This document shows positions 15,888-29,442 of a stretch of 64,000 bases of DNA, in pieces (position 1 is the stretch's first letter; the number at the start of each line of letters is the position of its first letter). The position numbers were made by a program, and so were the translations under genes. The stretch is taken from the NCBI RefSeq assembly GCF_009914755.1, contig NC_060941.1; one strand, written 5' to 3'. The DNA comes from the human T2T-CHM13v2.0 reference genome, Homo sapiens. The notes under the pieces are model-generated. The model ran no database searches, had not been told where the DNA came from, and saw nothing but the letters and a program-made list of their open reading frames with translations.

Positions 15888-16524
15888 GGAAAGTTTATTT
15901 TAAAGTGGTAGAATTTTTTCAGGTGTATTCCATTGGTTGTATTCATGAAGGTAATATTTAATTTTAGAAACTCAAAGACATTAGAGTTTTACTGATGACC
16001 TCATTGACATTCCAAGCTTTACTAGACAGCCTAATTGTCATTCGGATACCATTTATTTCAATATTCTGATTTTTAAAAAAGTTCGTATTAGTTTTACTTT
16101 AATTTTACTTAGGGATATTAGTGTCCACCCTCCACAACAAGCCTTCAAGCAGATTAATTTCCTCTGTTTTCCTTATACATGCCCAGTTTTGGGGAAGGGA
16201 TAGGAGGAGTCAGTAAACAAATGAAGTAACTAGTGTTTATGAGTTTCATCTGCTCTTATCAACATGTTGGCCACTTTTAATTAATGGGATGGTCAAAATA
16301 GAATACTTTGAAGGAATTTGTTCTTTGGACTGCATCATTTTCACCAAAGCAATCCCACCTCCAGGGTATTTGAAGAAGATTGCAGATCAAGCCACAAGTT
16401 TTCTGATCAGTTATATGTTAAACTAACTTTGCAGAAACAAAAGATGTATACAAGTTAATGACATTTAAGTCGTACATATCTCATAAGTAAATTATTTTTC
16501 ATATTTATTTCAACAAATTTGTTT

Positions 16525-16650
16525 CTATTTTAAGAGATGGGGTCTTGCTATGTTGCCCAAGCTGGTCTTGAATTCCTGGGCTCAAGTGATCCTCCAGCCT
16601 CAGTCTCCTGAGTAGCTGGGATTACAGGCATGAGCCATCACACCTGACTC
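16525..16650 (-). mobile_element. Alu monomer (FLAM-like)
   Basis: Single arm. Confidence 0.8.
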
Positions 16651-17030
16651 AGTAAATGTATTTCTAAATGTGTTTTCCATTTCCACTTGCTACAGTTACC
16701 CCTTTCTTTGTTGCCTTTTGCACTGAGGATGGGGTGCCAGAGGAAGAAGGGTGGTGATAAAATCAAGCTCTCTAAGCCACGTTCCAGCTCTGAAGAGCTC
16801 CCCCTATTCCTGTCTGGTTCTCCTGCTTCCCAAATTTCCACTTGTAGTGACTTTGTTGTTATGGAGGCTAAAGAGGAAGCATGCTCGTTATTTTAGGTAG
16901 ATTGGAGGAGGGAATGGGTGACTACCTCCTTCCGCATGTGGAAGCACCTTTCTGCAAAATGCTTTGCATGCCATGGCAGCCTGTGTCCTTGCCCCTCACT
17001 AAGGGTGATGCTTGCCTTGTGTCTTCTCAG

Positions 17031-17112
17031 CTAATAGAAGTGCAAGCTGAATACCACAGGAAGTCCCTGACACTATTGCAGGCTGTATTGCCTCAGATCA
17101 AAGCACAACAGG
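17031..17112 (+). CDS. ARHGAP44: ARHGAP44 exon (~9), end of BAR domain: LIEVQAEYHRKSLTLLQAVLPQIKAQQ
   Basis: Acceptor gtcttctcag|CTA, donor CAGG|gtaagt; 82 nt, phase 0-1. Confidence 0.96.
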
Positions 17113-17511
17113 GTAAGTGCAGGCCTTCCCTGGAGAAGGGAGGGCCGGGGTGCCTGCTTGCCTTCCCGGATGAGATGAATTCCTTGTATGTCGTTGGCCC
17201 TAACACTCTGCCCAACAGCATCACCTGTAGATGAGCCTTTTGGACTTACTTCCAAACTGGTGCCTTGAGTCGGGGGTGCGTAGGGGTGCCCATAGAACAT
17301 TAACCCCAGTGGCCCTGGACGCAATTGGCTGGCCATCCCCCACCCCCTCCTCCAGTCCTCCTGTCATCCTTAAAACCACAGAATGGAGGCTCAATTGGGC
17401 CTCCCTCTCTTTGGTAATCTTAGGAGAATCTGGACAACAAAGGAAAGCGAGATTCCAGCATGAGTGAACTTGGCGAACAGCTGACTGACTCTTTCTCACT
17501 CCTCCCCTCAG

Positions 17512-17639
17512 AGGCCTGGGTAGAGAAGCCTTCCTTCGGGAAGCCGCTGGAGGAGCACCTCACCATCAGCGGCCGGGAGATCGCCTTCCCCATCGAGGCG
17601 TGTGTGACCATGCTGCTTGAGTGTGGGATGCAGGAGGAG
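17512..17639 (+). CDS. ARHGAP44: ARHGAP44 exon (~10), start of RhoGAP: EAWVEKPSFGKPLEEHL...CGMQEE
   Basis: Acceptor cccctcag|AG, donor GAG|gtaggt; 128 nt, phase 1-0; FGxPL RhoGAP start motif. Confidence 0.96.
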
Positions 17640-17914
17640 GTAGGTCTGAGCACAGCCACACGCCGCCCCGGGCAGGTCTCCTCTTCCACGAGACAGAGCT
17701 TACAGGATCCTCTCTCCTGTACCATCTCCACTCCGGCCCCCACGAATCCAAATGGCTTAAGACAGTGGCTCAGACCCATCTTCTGCAGAACACAAATTGA
17801 TCCTGCCTTTTACCGTGAGCCTTCATTTGACAAGAAGAGAGAATTGTGATGGCCATGAGGAACGGATGGCCATATTCTAGTCATTCTTTCCCCTGGTTTA
17901 ACATGTTTGGATAA

Positions 17915-18232
<318 letters not shown>

Positions 18233-18455
18233 CTGCTGCTATTACTACTCCTTCTCCTTTCTCCTCCTCTTCATCTTCCTTCTCTTCTTCTGCCTCTTCC
18301 TCTTGCTTAATAAGTTACCTAATTTTAGGTAATTTTAAAGGTTAAGGCTCTTAAACTTTTTTATCACAACTCTTATAGAGATCCTGAAAATATGATTGAT
18401 AGATATATTAGAAAGTACTTTTTAAGAGCCACATGTAAAAAATGTCTATGAGATA

Positions 18456-18753
18456 TTTTTTTTTTTCTTTTTGAGATGGAGTCTCACTCTGTCACCCAGG
18501 CTGGAGTGCAGTTGCAGGATCTTGGCTCACTGCAACCTCCGCCTCCTGGGTTCAAGCGATTCTCCTGCCTCAGCCTCAGAGTAGCTGAGTTTACAGGCAT
18601 GTGCCACCATGCCTGGCTAATTTTTGTATTTTTAGTAGAGACGAGGTTTCAATATGTTGGCCAGGCTAGTCTTGAACTCCTGACCTCAAGTGATCTGCCC
18701 ACCTCCGCCTCCCAAAGTGCTGGGATTACAGGCATGAGCCACTGCACCTGACC
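18456..18753 (-). mobile_element. Alu (S family)
   Basis: Dimer. Confidence 0.92.
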
Positions 18754-19224
18754 CAAGAAGTTCTTGATAAGTGTTGTTTTATTGCTGTGTAAATCATTTC
18801 CTGGGAGATAGAGCTCATCTTTGGTTTCTTCCATAGACTATTTTAATATCTTTACTCCGTCTTCCTTTGATCTGATTAGCCAATCAGTATTTATTTAGGG
18901 CATGCGGTACGTGTTTTATTGAGCAAAGTATGAAATAGTGAGATAGGAGACTTATAAACTTATTGCCGGAGATGAATCTAGCATCTCTCAGTTAAGCCTA
19001 ATTCATCCAGAACAGTCTGTAAGTCTCTAAGGGAGCACTAAGTTATATGGGACAAAGTAAGGGCTATGGATGAGAAGGAAGCCAGTGAGCATGCGGGTGT
19101 ATGTGGCATGCTTCCTGTAGGCCAGCCTGTTCTAGATGCTGGAAATTCTAAAAGGAATGGGAATAAATGTGTATTTTTAACACATTTTATATGCCAGGCA
19201 TTTGCATGTTTGTTATCAAATTTT

Positions 19225-19502
<278 letters not shown>

Positions 19503-19761
19503 TCAATTTAAAACCGAAAAGGTCTCTACCATCCCTGAGAGAGAGTTTCATGGAAGAAGATGAACTGGACCTTTTCTTTCCCTGAAATTTTTTAAAAAAT
19601 TATGGAAAACCATAAACACATAAAGATAACATAATGAGCCTTACCACTCAGTTTATGGGCATTCTTGTTACGTTTCTGCCTCCATTTCCTGCCCCCAAAC
19701 CCCTGCCTTGGATATTTTGAAGTACAACCTAGACATTATATCATTTCATTTATAATACTTA

Positions 19762-20238
<477 letters not shown>

Positions 20239-20799
20239 CTATCTAAAAAAAAAAAAAAGTATTAATATTCCCCCAAAAGTAACAGTAACCTATTAAAATC
20301 ATCAAATATCTAATCAACATAAACTGGTTTTTGAAGAGCAGTACCTTTGACATCTCCCAGCTCCCGTCTCTGCCCTTTCTGGGCTACTCCATTCCTCAAC
20401 AGACCTCGCTCTGTCACTTGCATTTTTTCCCTGTTTTGTGTCAGCTCTTTACTTTTAGTAACAAATAGGTTCAAGTTTCCCCTAGCCTAAAACAATATAT
20501 CTCTTTTCAACACAACCACAGCCTCATATGTCTTCCCAATCTCTTTGGTTTTGTTTTTTATGCTATCCAATTTCTTAAAATAGCTCTCAACATTTGCAGC
20601 TCCTGCATCTTTGCCACCACCTACAGATCTTCCTCTGGTGTTGCTTCGCCCCTGTCACTGGGCTAAAACTGTCCTCCGGGATCCCCAGCAACCCCCAAAT
20701 TGCCAAATCCGATGACTTACTGCCAGCCTCCTTGGCCACAGTGCTGCCTGGTGTTCCTAATGTAACCATCCTCGAAACTTCTAGTTCCTTTGGCCCTCT

Positions 20800-20913
20800 G
20801 GTTCCCTCTGGCCTCTGACCACAGGGGCATCAGGGTTCTCTGTTTAGCACCATGGTCCCCTCTGGCCTCTGACCTAGGGGCATCAGGGTCCTCTGTTTGG
20901 CACCATGGTCCCC
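20800..20913. repeat. Tandem duplication, ~2.1 x 53-54 bp
   Basis: ggt(t/c)ccctctggcctctgacc..aggggcatcagggt(t/c)ctctgttt(a/g)gcaccat repeated. Confidence 0.9.
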
Positions 20914-21835
20914 ACCCTGCCCTGCTAGAGGTGCTCCTCAACCTCAGTGAGGACTCCCCCTGTGAAAAGGCTTCACTCGTGCTCACTGCCATCCTTCAAC
21001 ATTTCCATGCACACTTTCCTCTAACACCCCCGAAACAGGACTCATTAGCTAATATAACAATCCCCTCCTCCACCTAGTTTTTATGCTTTGCTCAGTTACA
21101 CAATCAAAAATCTAAAGGCTTATCTGTGACAGCTCTGTTTCCTTCTCTTTGGCATTTTCCATCACCAAATCCTATTGGCTCTTCTTGCATGGCAAGGGCA
21201 TGGTTTTATGAAGATCTGAGTGACTCCTTTCCTGTATTCTGCAGTTGGCTGTCTTTGTCGTAGCAGCCTTACTGATACACTCATCCAAACATGTTCATGT
21301 AGCTTCCTCACATATATGCCCAAAGAGCTTTGCACATGTGTGTATCTGATGTACCCTATATTGAGAAGGGAGTTAGTGATCCTAGCAAGGCATAAGCTTG
21401 ATATTCCAGAGTAGGAACACTTTTTCTAAAGGAAATTGGAAGTCTATATGGCCATAAAAGATTAAAGGAGTAAGGACTGTTCTGCCTGCTTGTTTATCAG
21501 CCTGTGGGATGCATTACAGAATGCAAGGAACTAAGATGAAACAGAAACCGATAGGTCTTTAACCCATGTGTCACTTACCTGTGACGTGGAGGTTTCTTTC
21601 CAACTCTGACCTGCATTCATCTTCTCTTCCACACAGCCCTCTCCTCTTCTCTTTCGCTTCATAGCTCCCTTTCACTCTCTAAGGTGCAGTGGTTCACTTG
21701 GAAGAAGTGGCAGTGATTTGAAAATAACTCTTGAGAACGGAATGCAGAGGAATGGAAGGAGGCTACCTCACAAACCACCCCACCCAGTCTGCCCTTCCCC
21801 TGAAGGCATAGACTTTATTTGATTCTAAAAGTGTA

Positions 21836-22142
21836 GGCCGGGTGCTGTGGCTCACGCCTGTAATCCCAGCACTTTGGGAGGCTGAGGCAGGTGGATCACT
21901 TGAGGTCAGGAGTTCAAGACCAGCCTGGCCAACATGGCGAAACCCCATCTCTTCTAAAAATACAAAAAATTAGCTGGACATGGTGGCGGGTGCCTGTAAT
22001 CCCAGCTACTTGGGAGACTGAACACGAGAATTGCTTGAACCCGGGAGGCAGAGGTTGCACTGAGTCAAGATCGGGCCGCTGCACTCCAGCCCAGGCAACC
22101 GAGCCAGACTCTGTCTAAAAAACAAATAAACAAAAATAAAAA
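21836..22142 (+). mobile_element. Alu (S family)
   Basis: Dimer; TSD aaaagt(g/a)tag. Confidence 0.92.
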
Positions 22143-22163
22143 GTATAGCCCTGGTTCCTCCCA

Positions 22164-22164
22164 A

Positions 22165-22215
<51 letters not shown>
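22164..22215. repeat. (CA)n microsatellite
   Basis: Direct observation. Confidence 0.95.
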
Positions 22216-22218
<3 letters not shown>

Positions 22219-22601
22219 GTAGACCTCCTCACATTCAACTTACCAGACTGACCAGGTCTTAGTCGAATTCTTCTCCAAGATTTATCTTACACGTACAAGA
22301 ACAAGATGTCTAAGTGCCCAAGATTCATTTATCCAGTAAATAGTTACTGAGCCAGTGTGATGAGCCACACCTGCCTGAGGCTGTGGGGACACAACAGTGG
22401 GTAAAGCCAGTTCCTGCTCTGAAGTTGCTTATGTGCCAAGAGGGAGACATTGAGAAAGCAGGCAACTGGGGGATTGGGAGATGGTGTTGGGCAAATGCAT
22501 GTAAGAGGTTTTGGAGAAAAGAAGCAGGCAGTTGCGGGGTCTCTGCGCTTTGATGTTGTACCTTGGAGTTGCTGTGCGCTGACCCTCTGTCCTGTTGGTA
22601 G

Positions 22602-22713
22602 GGACTCTTCCGAGTAGCCCCCTCTGCCTCCAAACTGAAGAAGCTGAAAGCGGCCCTGGACTGCTGCGTGGTGGATGTGCAGGAGTACTCGGCAGACCCC
22701 CACGCAATTGCAG
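22602..22713 (+). CDS. ARHGAP44: ARHGAP44 exon (~11), RhoGAP arginine finger: GLFRVAPSASKLKKLKAALDCC...DPHAIA
   Basis: Acceptor ttggtag|GGA, donor CAG|gtgggc; 112 nt, phase 0-1. Confidence 0.96.
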
Positions 22714-23110
22714 GTGGGCACCTCTCAGCGCTCCTGTGTGCCATGGAGGCTCACAGGGAAGGGGTAGAGGGGAGGCTGTGTGGCTACAAGTCCAGGACAC
22801 TCAAGTCAGTGGCTGCCCAAAGCACTTCAGATGTGTCCACTCAGTGCCCAGTTTCAGGGCTGGGTGCTCTGGCCCCTTGAAGGAAGGCCTCCCCGCATGC
22901 CAAGGGAAGACGAGGTAATTGTGGGAAGAAAGAGGGGCCAGGTCCCCTGTCAGAGCCTCATACCCATTTCCATAGGAAGCTACCATTTGCTGTTGACATG
23001 GTGGTCAGGAGGCCCATCCCCAGATGGAACCCACATAGGCAGTGCTGGCTGGTGGGTCTTGCCTCTGCCACATCATAACAGTTCACAACCAATATTTCAT
23101 TCATGCCTAG

Positions 23111-23192
23111 GAGCTTTGAAATCTTACCTCCGAGAGTTGCCAGAACCTCTTATGACCTTTGAACTCTATGATGAGTGGATCCAGGCTTCCAA
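23111..23192 (+). CDS. ARHGAP44: ARHGAP44 exon (~12), RhoGAP: GALKSYLRELPEPLMTFELYDEWIQAS
   Basis: Acceptor tgcctag|GA, donor CAA|gtgagt; 82 nt, phase 1-2; LKxYLRELPEPL motif. Confidence 0.96.
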
Positions 23193-23791
23193 GTGAGTAC
23201 CCCTTGTTTTGGAATGTCCTGTGAGTTACAGTTTATTTGGGAGTATGTGCTGAAATTATAGAAGCATGTAACCTATGATCTCGCAACCCCGTTTCTTGAT
23301 CTCTGCCATGAAGGAGTGCTTATACATTTGCCCAAGGAGGCAGGTCCAGGGATATTGATGGTAGCATTATCTGAGATAGCAGAAGCCTAGAAGTCACTAA
23401 AGATTCATTGGAGAAGGGGGTTGGGAAGTGGCTAAGTAAACTGTGGAGTGTCTGTACCATCGCACACTCTGGAACAATTAAAAAATAGGTAGAGTTATTC
23501 ATGCTAACATAAATAGATAATGAAAGGAAGTTAACAAGGACTCCTGTGACATTCTATTGTTATAAAAACGAAAACAAACACCCAGCACACTTAAAACAAT
23601 AGAATTTTAAAAGGACCTATATTTGTGTGTAAGTGTATAAAAGAAAGTTCTGGAAGGGCTCACGTAGGCTGACAGCAGTGATTCCTCCTGGCCAGAAAAG
23701 TAGGACAAGTGAGTGGGCATAGAGTCTTTACCCTCATCTATAATAGCTGAATATATTTTAACAATAAGTAATAATGAACTTAAAGGGAGGT

Positions 23792-23809
23792 CACGTGTCA
23801 TGACACGTG
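23792..23809. promoter_or_regulatory. Perfect 18-bp palindrome with two CACGTG E-boxes, 6-bp spacer
   Basis: cacgtg-tcatga-cacgtg seen directly; function inferred. Confidence 0.45.
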
Positions 23810-24619
23810 GGCAGCAGCAGCCTCTCTCTCCCCTCCTGAAGATGCGCCCAAGGGAGAGGCCGCAGCCCAAAGCCAGGCGCAGGGCTGTAGCAGTGTGTCG
23901 GGAAGAGTACAGCTGCATGGAGCAGGCAAAGCCACTAGCCCAGCCCTGATGCATGCTCTGGCTCCCACGCATGGTTTTTGAGTCCTGGCTTATTTCCTCG
24001 GTTATGCGTGCATTAGGATGGCATTGTATGTTCTTTTGGGCATAGGTAAGAGCTGTCTTAAGTAAATAGTATTGTTTGGAGGAATGTACTTTTACTGAGC
24101 GAATGGACCCCCACACAACAGCAGGGTGGGAGAATTGCTACCAGCACAAAGATGATGGAGACGAGGGTAGAGATAGTCTAGGTGGGAGATGAAGGAGGGA
24201 GAAGAATGTTTTCTGAGAGCAGGACTAGAGCAAATAGCCACCTTAGCCAGGGGCCTGTGAAAGGAAATGATTTCTAGAGATTTCTAGTCATAGGATTTAG
24301 TTGTTGGTGTGTTTCTCAACAACACCATGAGGAACAGGTGTTGTTTCTCATTACCTGTCAGGAACAACAGTGAAATATGTGTCTGATGCTGCTCCTTCTA
24401 CTTTTTGAAGAACTGGGCCTGAAAGAGACCCACCTGACCTGGAAGGGAAGCCAGGCTCAAATGTGTAGAGTGAGAAAAGCCAACTCCAATCAAGTTGCAT
24501 AATGGTATTTTATTTCCAAAGCAGAATGGAGATTATGCACTTCAAAAGGCTGGCTGAATATATGGTTCTCTTTTATCTCATTGTGAAAAGGGAGTGCTGG
24601 GTTTCATGACATTAATAAT

Positions 24620-24890
24620 TACAACGTTACCATTTATTGAGTGCTTATTAGAGACTTGACATTGTTTTAAGCTCATTGTGTGTTTTTAACTCCTGTAATT
24701 TTGACAAGAACCCTATGAAGTGGGGTGTGCTGTTTCTCCTATTTTACATTTGAGGAATTTGAGGTATTGAACAGGTATGTAACTACAGGTTACCTGCTGG
24801 CTAATAAGTGGCAGAAGGGGAACTTGAATCCAAGGAGTCCGGTTTCAGGGCCTTTACACTTAACCACAGCACTTTTTGCCTCTCTAGGAC
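24620..24890 (-). mobile_element. MIR
   Basis: catttattgagtgctta...aaccctatgaag...cctattttaca...gagg...gaacttgaatccaagg core. Confidence 0.7.
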
Positions 24891-25962
24891 AAGAATGTGG
24901 TCCTAGGGATGAAGCCAAGTGAGAACATATCCTTTGATGGAAACTGTCACTCTTATTATTTATTGGATATATAAGTGATCTTGATGATATACAGTTAGAT
25001 AAAGGCAGGATAGCTTAGTGCTTCAGGACCTATCCAGAGATACTCCTGTTCCCACTTCATTTGCAAATGTGGGTCTCCATTAAGAAATAGAAATGATCCA
25101 GATGACTCAAAGAGGTCAGTGTCTTTGAACCAGGGAAAAACAAGAACCTGTTTCTACCACTGGATGACATGCATGTAGTACCTAAGATCACTTCGTCTAA
25201 ACCAAGTAATTTTGCCTAGAACAGTGATTTCCAACCCTCTGTGTGCATCATTATGTCCTGGGAAGCTTTTTAAAGATACTAATGCGTGAACCCTTTTTTC
25301 AGAGACTTCGATTGAATTGGGCTGGGTTCTGTGATTCAAAGCTCCCAAGGCTATTGGGTTGATAACCTATGAACCTCTGATGAAGCTGAGTTTCATCAGA
25401 GGCCAACACTAACCTTAATAAGACATTGCACTTCAGGCCAACTCAGCAGGACACAGACAGATCTGCCATAAGATGGGACATCCGGGGGCCACAGGAGGAG
25501 CCAGGGAAGCAAGGGCTGAAGTTAGGGATTACCAGGACAGTGCAAGATAGCCGGAAACTCAAAAAGGACACATCCTTGCAAGCCATTTACATGATCTGTT
25601 TCCACGCTGGAGTCATGCAGAATACAGGCTCAGAATAGCCCATGGGCTGAGCTCCCTGACTGGCATCTGTGTCCTCCTGCAGCCCCATAGCCCTGCCACA
25701 CCAGAGCAGGTCTCTGGCTCTGGCACATATTCACTTGGGGCCTCTGAGGTGTGTGGAGGAAGCACTGTTAAAATCGCACAGGACAAGACAGAAGGAGAAC
25801 ATAGAGGGGTAAATAATAACAACCAAATTTTTAAATACTAGCTTGCTGATATGGTCAGTTACAGTGGTTGGTATCAAATATTACAATGATTGGTTAATAT
25901 GATTTCCGATGAGACTTTATTGATTCGTGCTCAACCAATGACCTTTCCTATCAATTTCTCAG

Positions 25963-26043
25963 TGTCCAGGAGCAAGACAAGAAGCTTCAGGCTCTATGGA
26001 ATGCTTGTGAAAAGTTGCCCAAGGCCAATCACAACAACATCCG
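25963..26043 (+). CDS. ARHGAP44: ARHGAP44 exon (~13), RhoGAP: NVQEQDKKLQALWNACEKLPKANHNNI
   Basis: Acceptor tttctcag|T, donor CCG|gtaagt; 81 nt, phase 2-2. Confidence 0.95.
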
Positions 26044-26181
26044 GTAAGTGGATACTTACCAAGTATAGACACATGGCTTGGGCTTATGTAAGCCTCAGAG
26101 ATACAACTGCCCGGGTAAAAGTCATGGTAACTACCATGCATAGCATTTTATGATGTCCAAGGTATTATTAACATGCATGGT

Positions 26182-26184
<3 letters not shown>

Positions 26185-26213
<29 letters not shown>

Positions 26214-26348
26214 GAGACAGAGTCTCACTGTGTCGCCCAGGCTGGAGTACAGTGGGATGATCTCAGCTCACTGCAAGCTCCGCCTCCCAGGTTCACACCA
26301 TTCTCCTGCCTCAGCCTCCCGAGTAGCTATAGGCACCCACCACCACGC
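26185..26348 (-). mobile_element. Truncated Alu (one arm, Y-like)
   Basis: Long poly(T), right arm only, ending at a palindromic junction. Confidence 0.88.
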
Positions 26349-26919
26349 GTGGTCTCTGTGTGTGGTGGCACCACCACAGGTCCCAAGCCACCCTGTGAGG
26401 GAAGGCAGGAATAATTGTTGCCATTTTTTAGATAAGGAAATGGACTCAAAGAAGCGAACCATTGGCTAATTCAGTTAAAGGAGCAAAGATGAATGCAAGC
26501 TATCTTAAGATATTGGGGATTTGTGGTAAAGACAGGTAGGTGTTGGTGGACACCTGGGAGAAGCTGACCTACATGGGAGCTGGGGGAGGCAGAAGTGTCC
26601 TTGAGCAAGTTCACAGGAAGGAGAGATGAGGGAGCGTGTTCTCCAGTGCTCCCCCATTCCCGAGCCCTAGCTGTGTTCCACGTCTGCCTCTCGCTTTTCT
26701 TGCTACCACCCGAGCTTCCACTTCCGGCGCGCTGCAGATCCTTCTCCACGCCTGGCTCCTGCTGCTTCACACTCTGCTTCTTTACCGCTTTGTCTTGCCA
26801 GCACCCATCCCGGCCCTGCCGCCTTTCCTCCCAGCTTCTTAGGAGGCAGATTTTCAGCATCAGCACCTACTGCCATCTGCCTGGTTATTTCTGTTTTCCT
26901 GTTAAAAATCCCCAGAATG

Positions 26920-27815
26920 ATGGGATGGCAGTTCCTCAAACAATTAAACACAGAATTACTGTAGGATCCAGCAATTCCACTTCTGGGTATGTACCTAAAA
27001 GAATCGAAAGCAGGGACTTAATATTTTCACACTCGTATTCGTAGCAGCAGTGTTCATGGTAGGTAAAAGGTGAAAAGCCAAATGTCCGTCTACAGATAAG
27101 TGGATAAACAAAATGTGGTATGTTCATGTAACGGATGCCATTCTGATTCTTGTCATCACGTGGATGAACCTTGAGGACGTTATGCTATGTGAAAGAAGCC
27201 AAACACAAAAGGACAAATGCAGTATATGATTCCACTTATATGAAGTACCTGGAGTGGTCAAACTCATAGAGAAACAAAATGGGATGGTGGTTGCCAGGGC
27301 TAGGGGATGGTTGCCAGGGGCTAGGAGACAGGAGATTATTGTTTTTTGTTTTGTTTTGTTTTTCTTGAGACAGAGTCTCACTCTATCTCCCAGGCTGGAG
27401 TCCAGTGGTGCAATCTCGGCTCACTGCAACCCCCACCACCTGGGATTCGAGTGATTCTCCTGCCTCAGCCTCCTGAGTAGCTGGGACTATGTGCATGCGC
27501 CACCATGCCTGGCTAATTTTTGTGTTTTTTTTTTTTTTTAGTAGAGACGGGGTTTCACCATGTTAGCCAGGCTGGTCTCAAACTCCTGGCCACAGGTGAT
27601 CCGCCCGCCTCGGCCTCCCAAAGCCCTGAGATTACAGGCATGAGCCACGGCGCCTGGCTGAGATTATTGTTTAATCGGGACAAGGTTTAGCTAGGGAAGA
27701 TGAAAACATTCAGGAAACGGATGGTGGTGACAGGTTCATAACACTGTGAATGTACTTAATGCCACCAAATTGTACGTCTAAAAATGGCTAAAGTAGTAAA
27801 TTGTACGTATATTAC
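26920..27815 (+). mobile_element. Old L1 (L1MB-like) 3' end, interrupted by an Alu
   Basis: atccagcaattccacttctgggtat, gtggataaacaaaatgtggta, gatgaaccttgaggac, aatgtacttaatgccac. Confidence 0.8.
27345..27659 (-). mobile_element. Alu (S family) nested in L1
   Basis: TSD gagattattgttt. Confidence 0.92.
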
Positions 27816-28309
27816 AAATCAGATCCGAAGAGCGGGAATCGGGTGGTTTCAACTTATGGCATGTTGCTGACCACAGCCCTAGGCCGCTGGCCAGCCCATG
27901 GGTTGGCCTAAGCTCTCAGCTTAGGTCCCACATCCTGGTCCAGACCTGTGTGGCCTCTTGGAGGGTGGGGCATGGCCAGGAGAGGCCGTGCGTGGAGTTG
28001 TCACAGTGACAGCTAAGTGATTACATGGTAGGACATGAGTCTGCTGGACTTTCTACCGGGCTCACGAAGGTGAGCAGAAAATCCCGAATGAGTCGCTTCA
28101 CTATGATCCAAGCAAAATGGGGTTAGGACCACAGCCTATTGTAACTGAGAGGCCAGAGAAAACATGTCTTCTCGGGGTCCTGGGGCCTCTTGTCAGGTTC
28201 TGGCAGATTTTTAGTGTGGTTTGCCAGAGCTGTTTTTTTTGAATTTGCACGTAGCTTCTTCATTGTATTTGTTTTATTTCTATATAGCTTCTTTGTTGGC
28301 TCTTTTTAT

Positions 28310-28862
28310 AAAATAACTTTATTAAGCTATGATTTTCATACCATTGAACCTTTTTAACATGTGCAGTGTAGTAGGTTTTAGTGTGTTCATATAGTTTTGC
28401 AACTATTACTGGTGTCTCATTTTAGAACATTTCCCTTACCCCAAAAAAGAAATCCCCTTCCGATAAGCACTCCTTATTTTCCCCAACCATGCCCCTAAGC
28501 AACCACTAATGTACTTTCTGGCTCCATAGATCTGCCTATTCTAGGCATTTCATATAAGTGGAATACTATAATATGTGGCCTGTTGTGTCTGGCTTCTTTC
28601 ACGTAGCATAATGTTTTCAGGAGTATCCATGTTGCAGGATGTCCCAACACTTCATTCCTTTTTATGGATGAATAATATTTCATTATATGGACATACCACA
28701 TTTAATTTATTGGTTCATCCCTTTATGGACATTTGGGTCATTTCCACCCTTCGGCTATTATTAATAATTATGATTCCATGAACATTCATGTACAAATTTG
28801 TGTGTGGACAGCTTTCTTTTGGGTATTATCCCTAGGAGTAGAATTGCTGGATCATATACTAA
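28310..28862 (-). mobile_element. Old L1 (L1MB/ME-like) 3' fragment
   Basis: gcaaccactaatgtactttctg...tggcttctttcac...cctaggagtagaattgctggatcata. Confidence 0.75.
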
Positions 28863-29328
28863 GTCTGTGTTGGACTTTTTCTTTATTAGATCTTTCCAGA
28901 GCACCCAACTGAGGGTAACTCCAAGAAACACCACCCCTAGCATGTAGATGTTCCTGCCAATGGTACTTAGACATACTGCTTATCACTCCTGCACACAGGG
29001 AACATGGCAAGAAGTAATGGGGTTTGTAAAAAGTGAGGCACTTCAGGTCATTATATACTGAGTCAGAAGGAAAGAAGGAGACTTTCTGGCCAGTGTTAGT
29101 TGAAGCAGATGTCGACACCTGACCCAGTGAGATCTGAGCCTGCCTGTTTTTGGAAAGAGGATGCAGAATTTCCATTTCCTGACACGTGACGCATGTTCAT
29201 TACATTGCAGGTGCACGAGTCTCCTAGTCAGTGAGATATGTGACATGAGAGAAGCTTCTGTCCAGTCCCCGGGGGACATGGCTGGTGTTGAGCCTTGGTT
29301 AAACCTGGCCCTTCTAATTTTCTTTTAG

Positions 29329-29442
29329 ATACTTGATAAAATTTTTATCCAAGCTGTCAGAATATCAAGATGTAAACAAGATGACTCCCAGTAATATGGC
29401 AATTGTTTTAGGACCCAACCTCCTATGGCCACAAGCAGAAGG
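29329..29442 (+). CDS. ARHGAP44: ARHGAP44 exon (~14), RhoGAP: RYLIKFLSKLSEYQDVNKMTPSNMAIVLGPNLLWPQAE
   Basis: Acceptor tcttttag|A, donor AGG|gtaagt; 114 nt, phase 2-2; NKM..NxAIVxGPNL RhoGAP motif. Confidence 0.96.

Noticed and set aside
23607-24116. 169-aa minus-strand ORF
   Set aside because: No recognisable protein features; antisense intronic.
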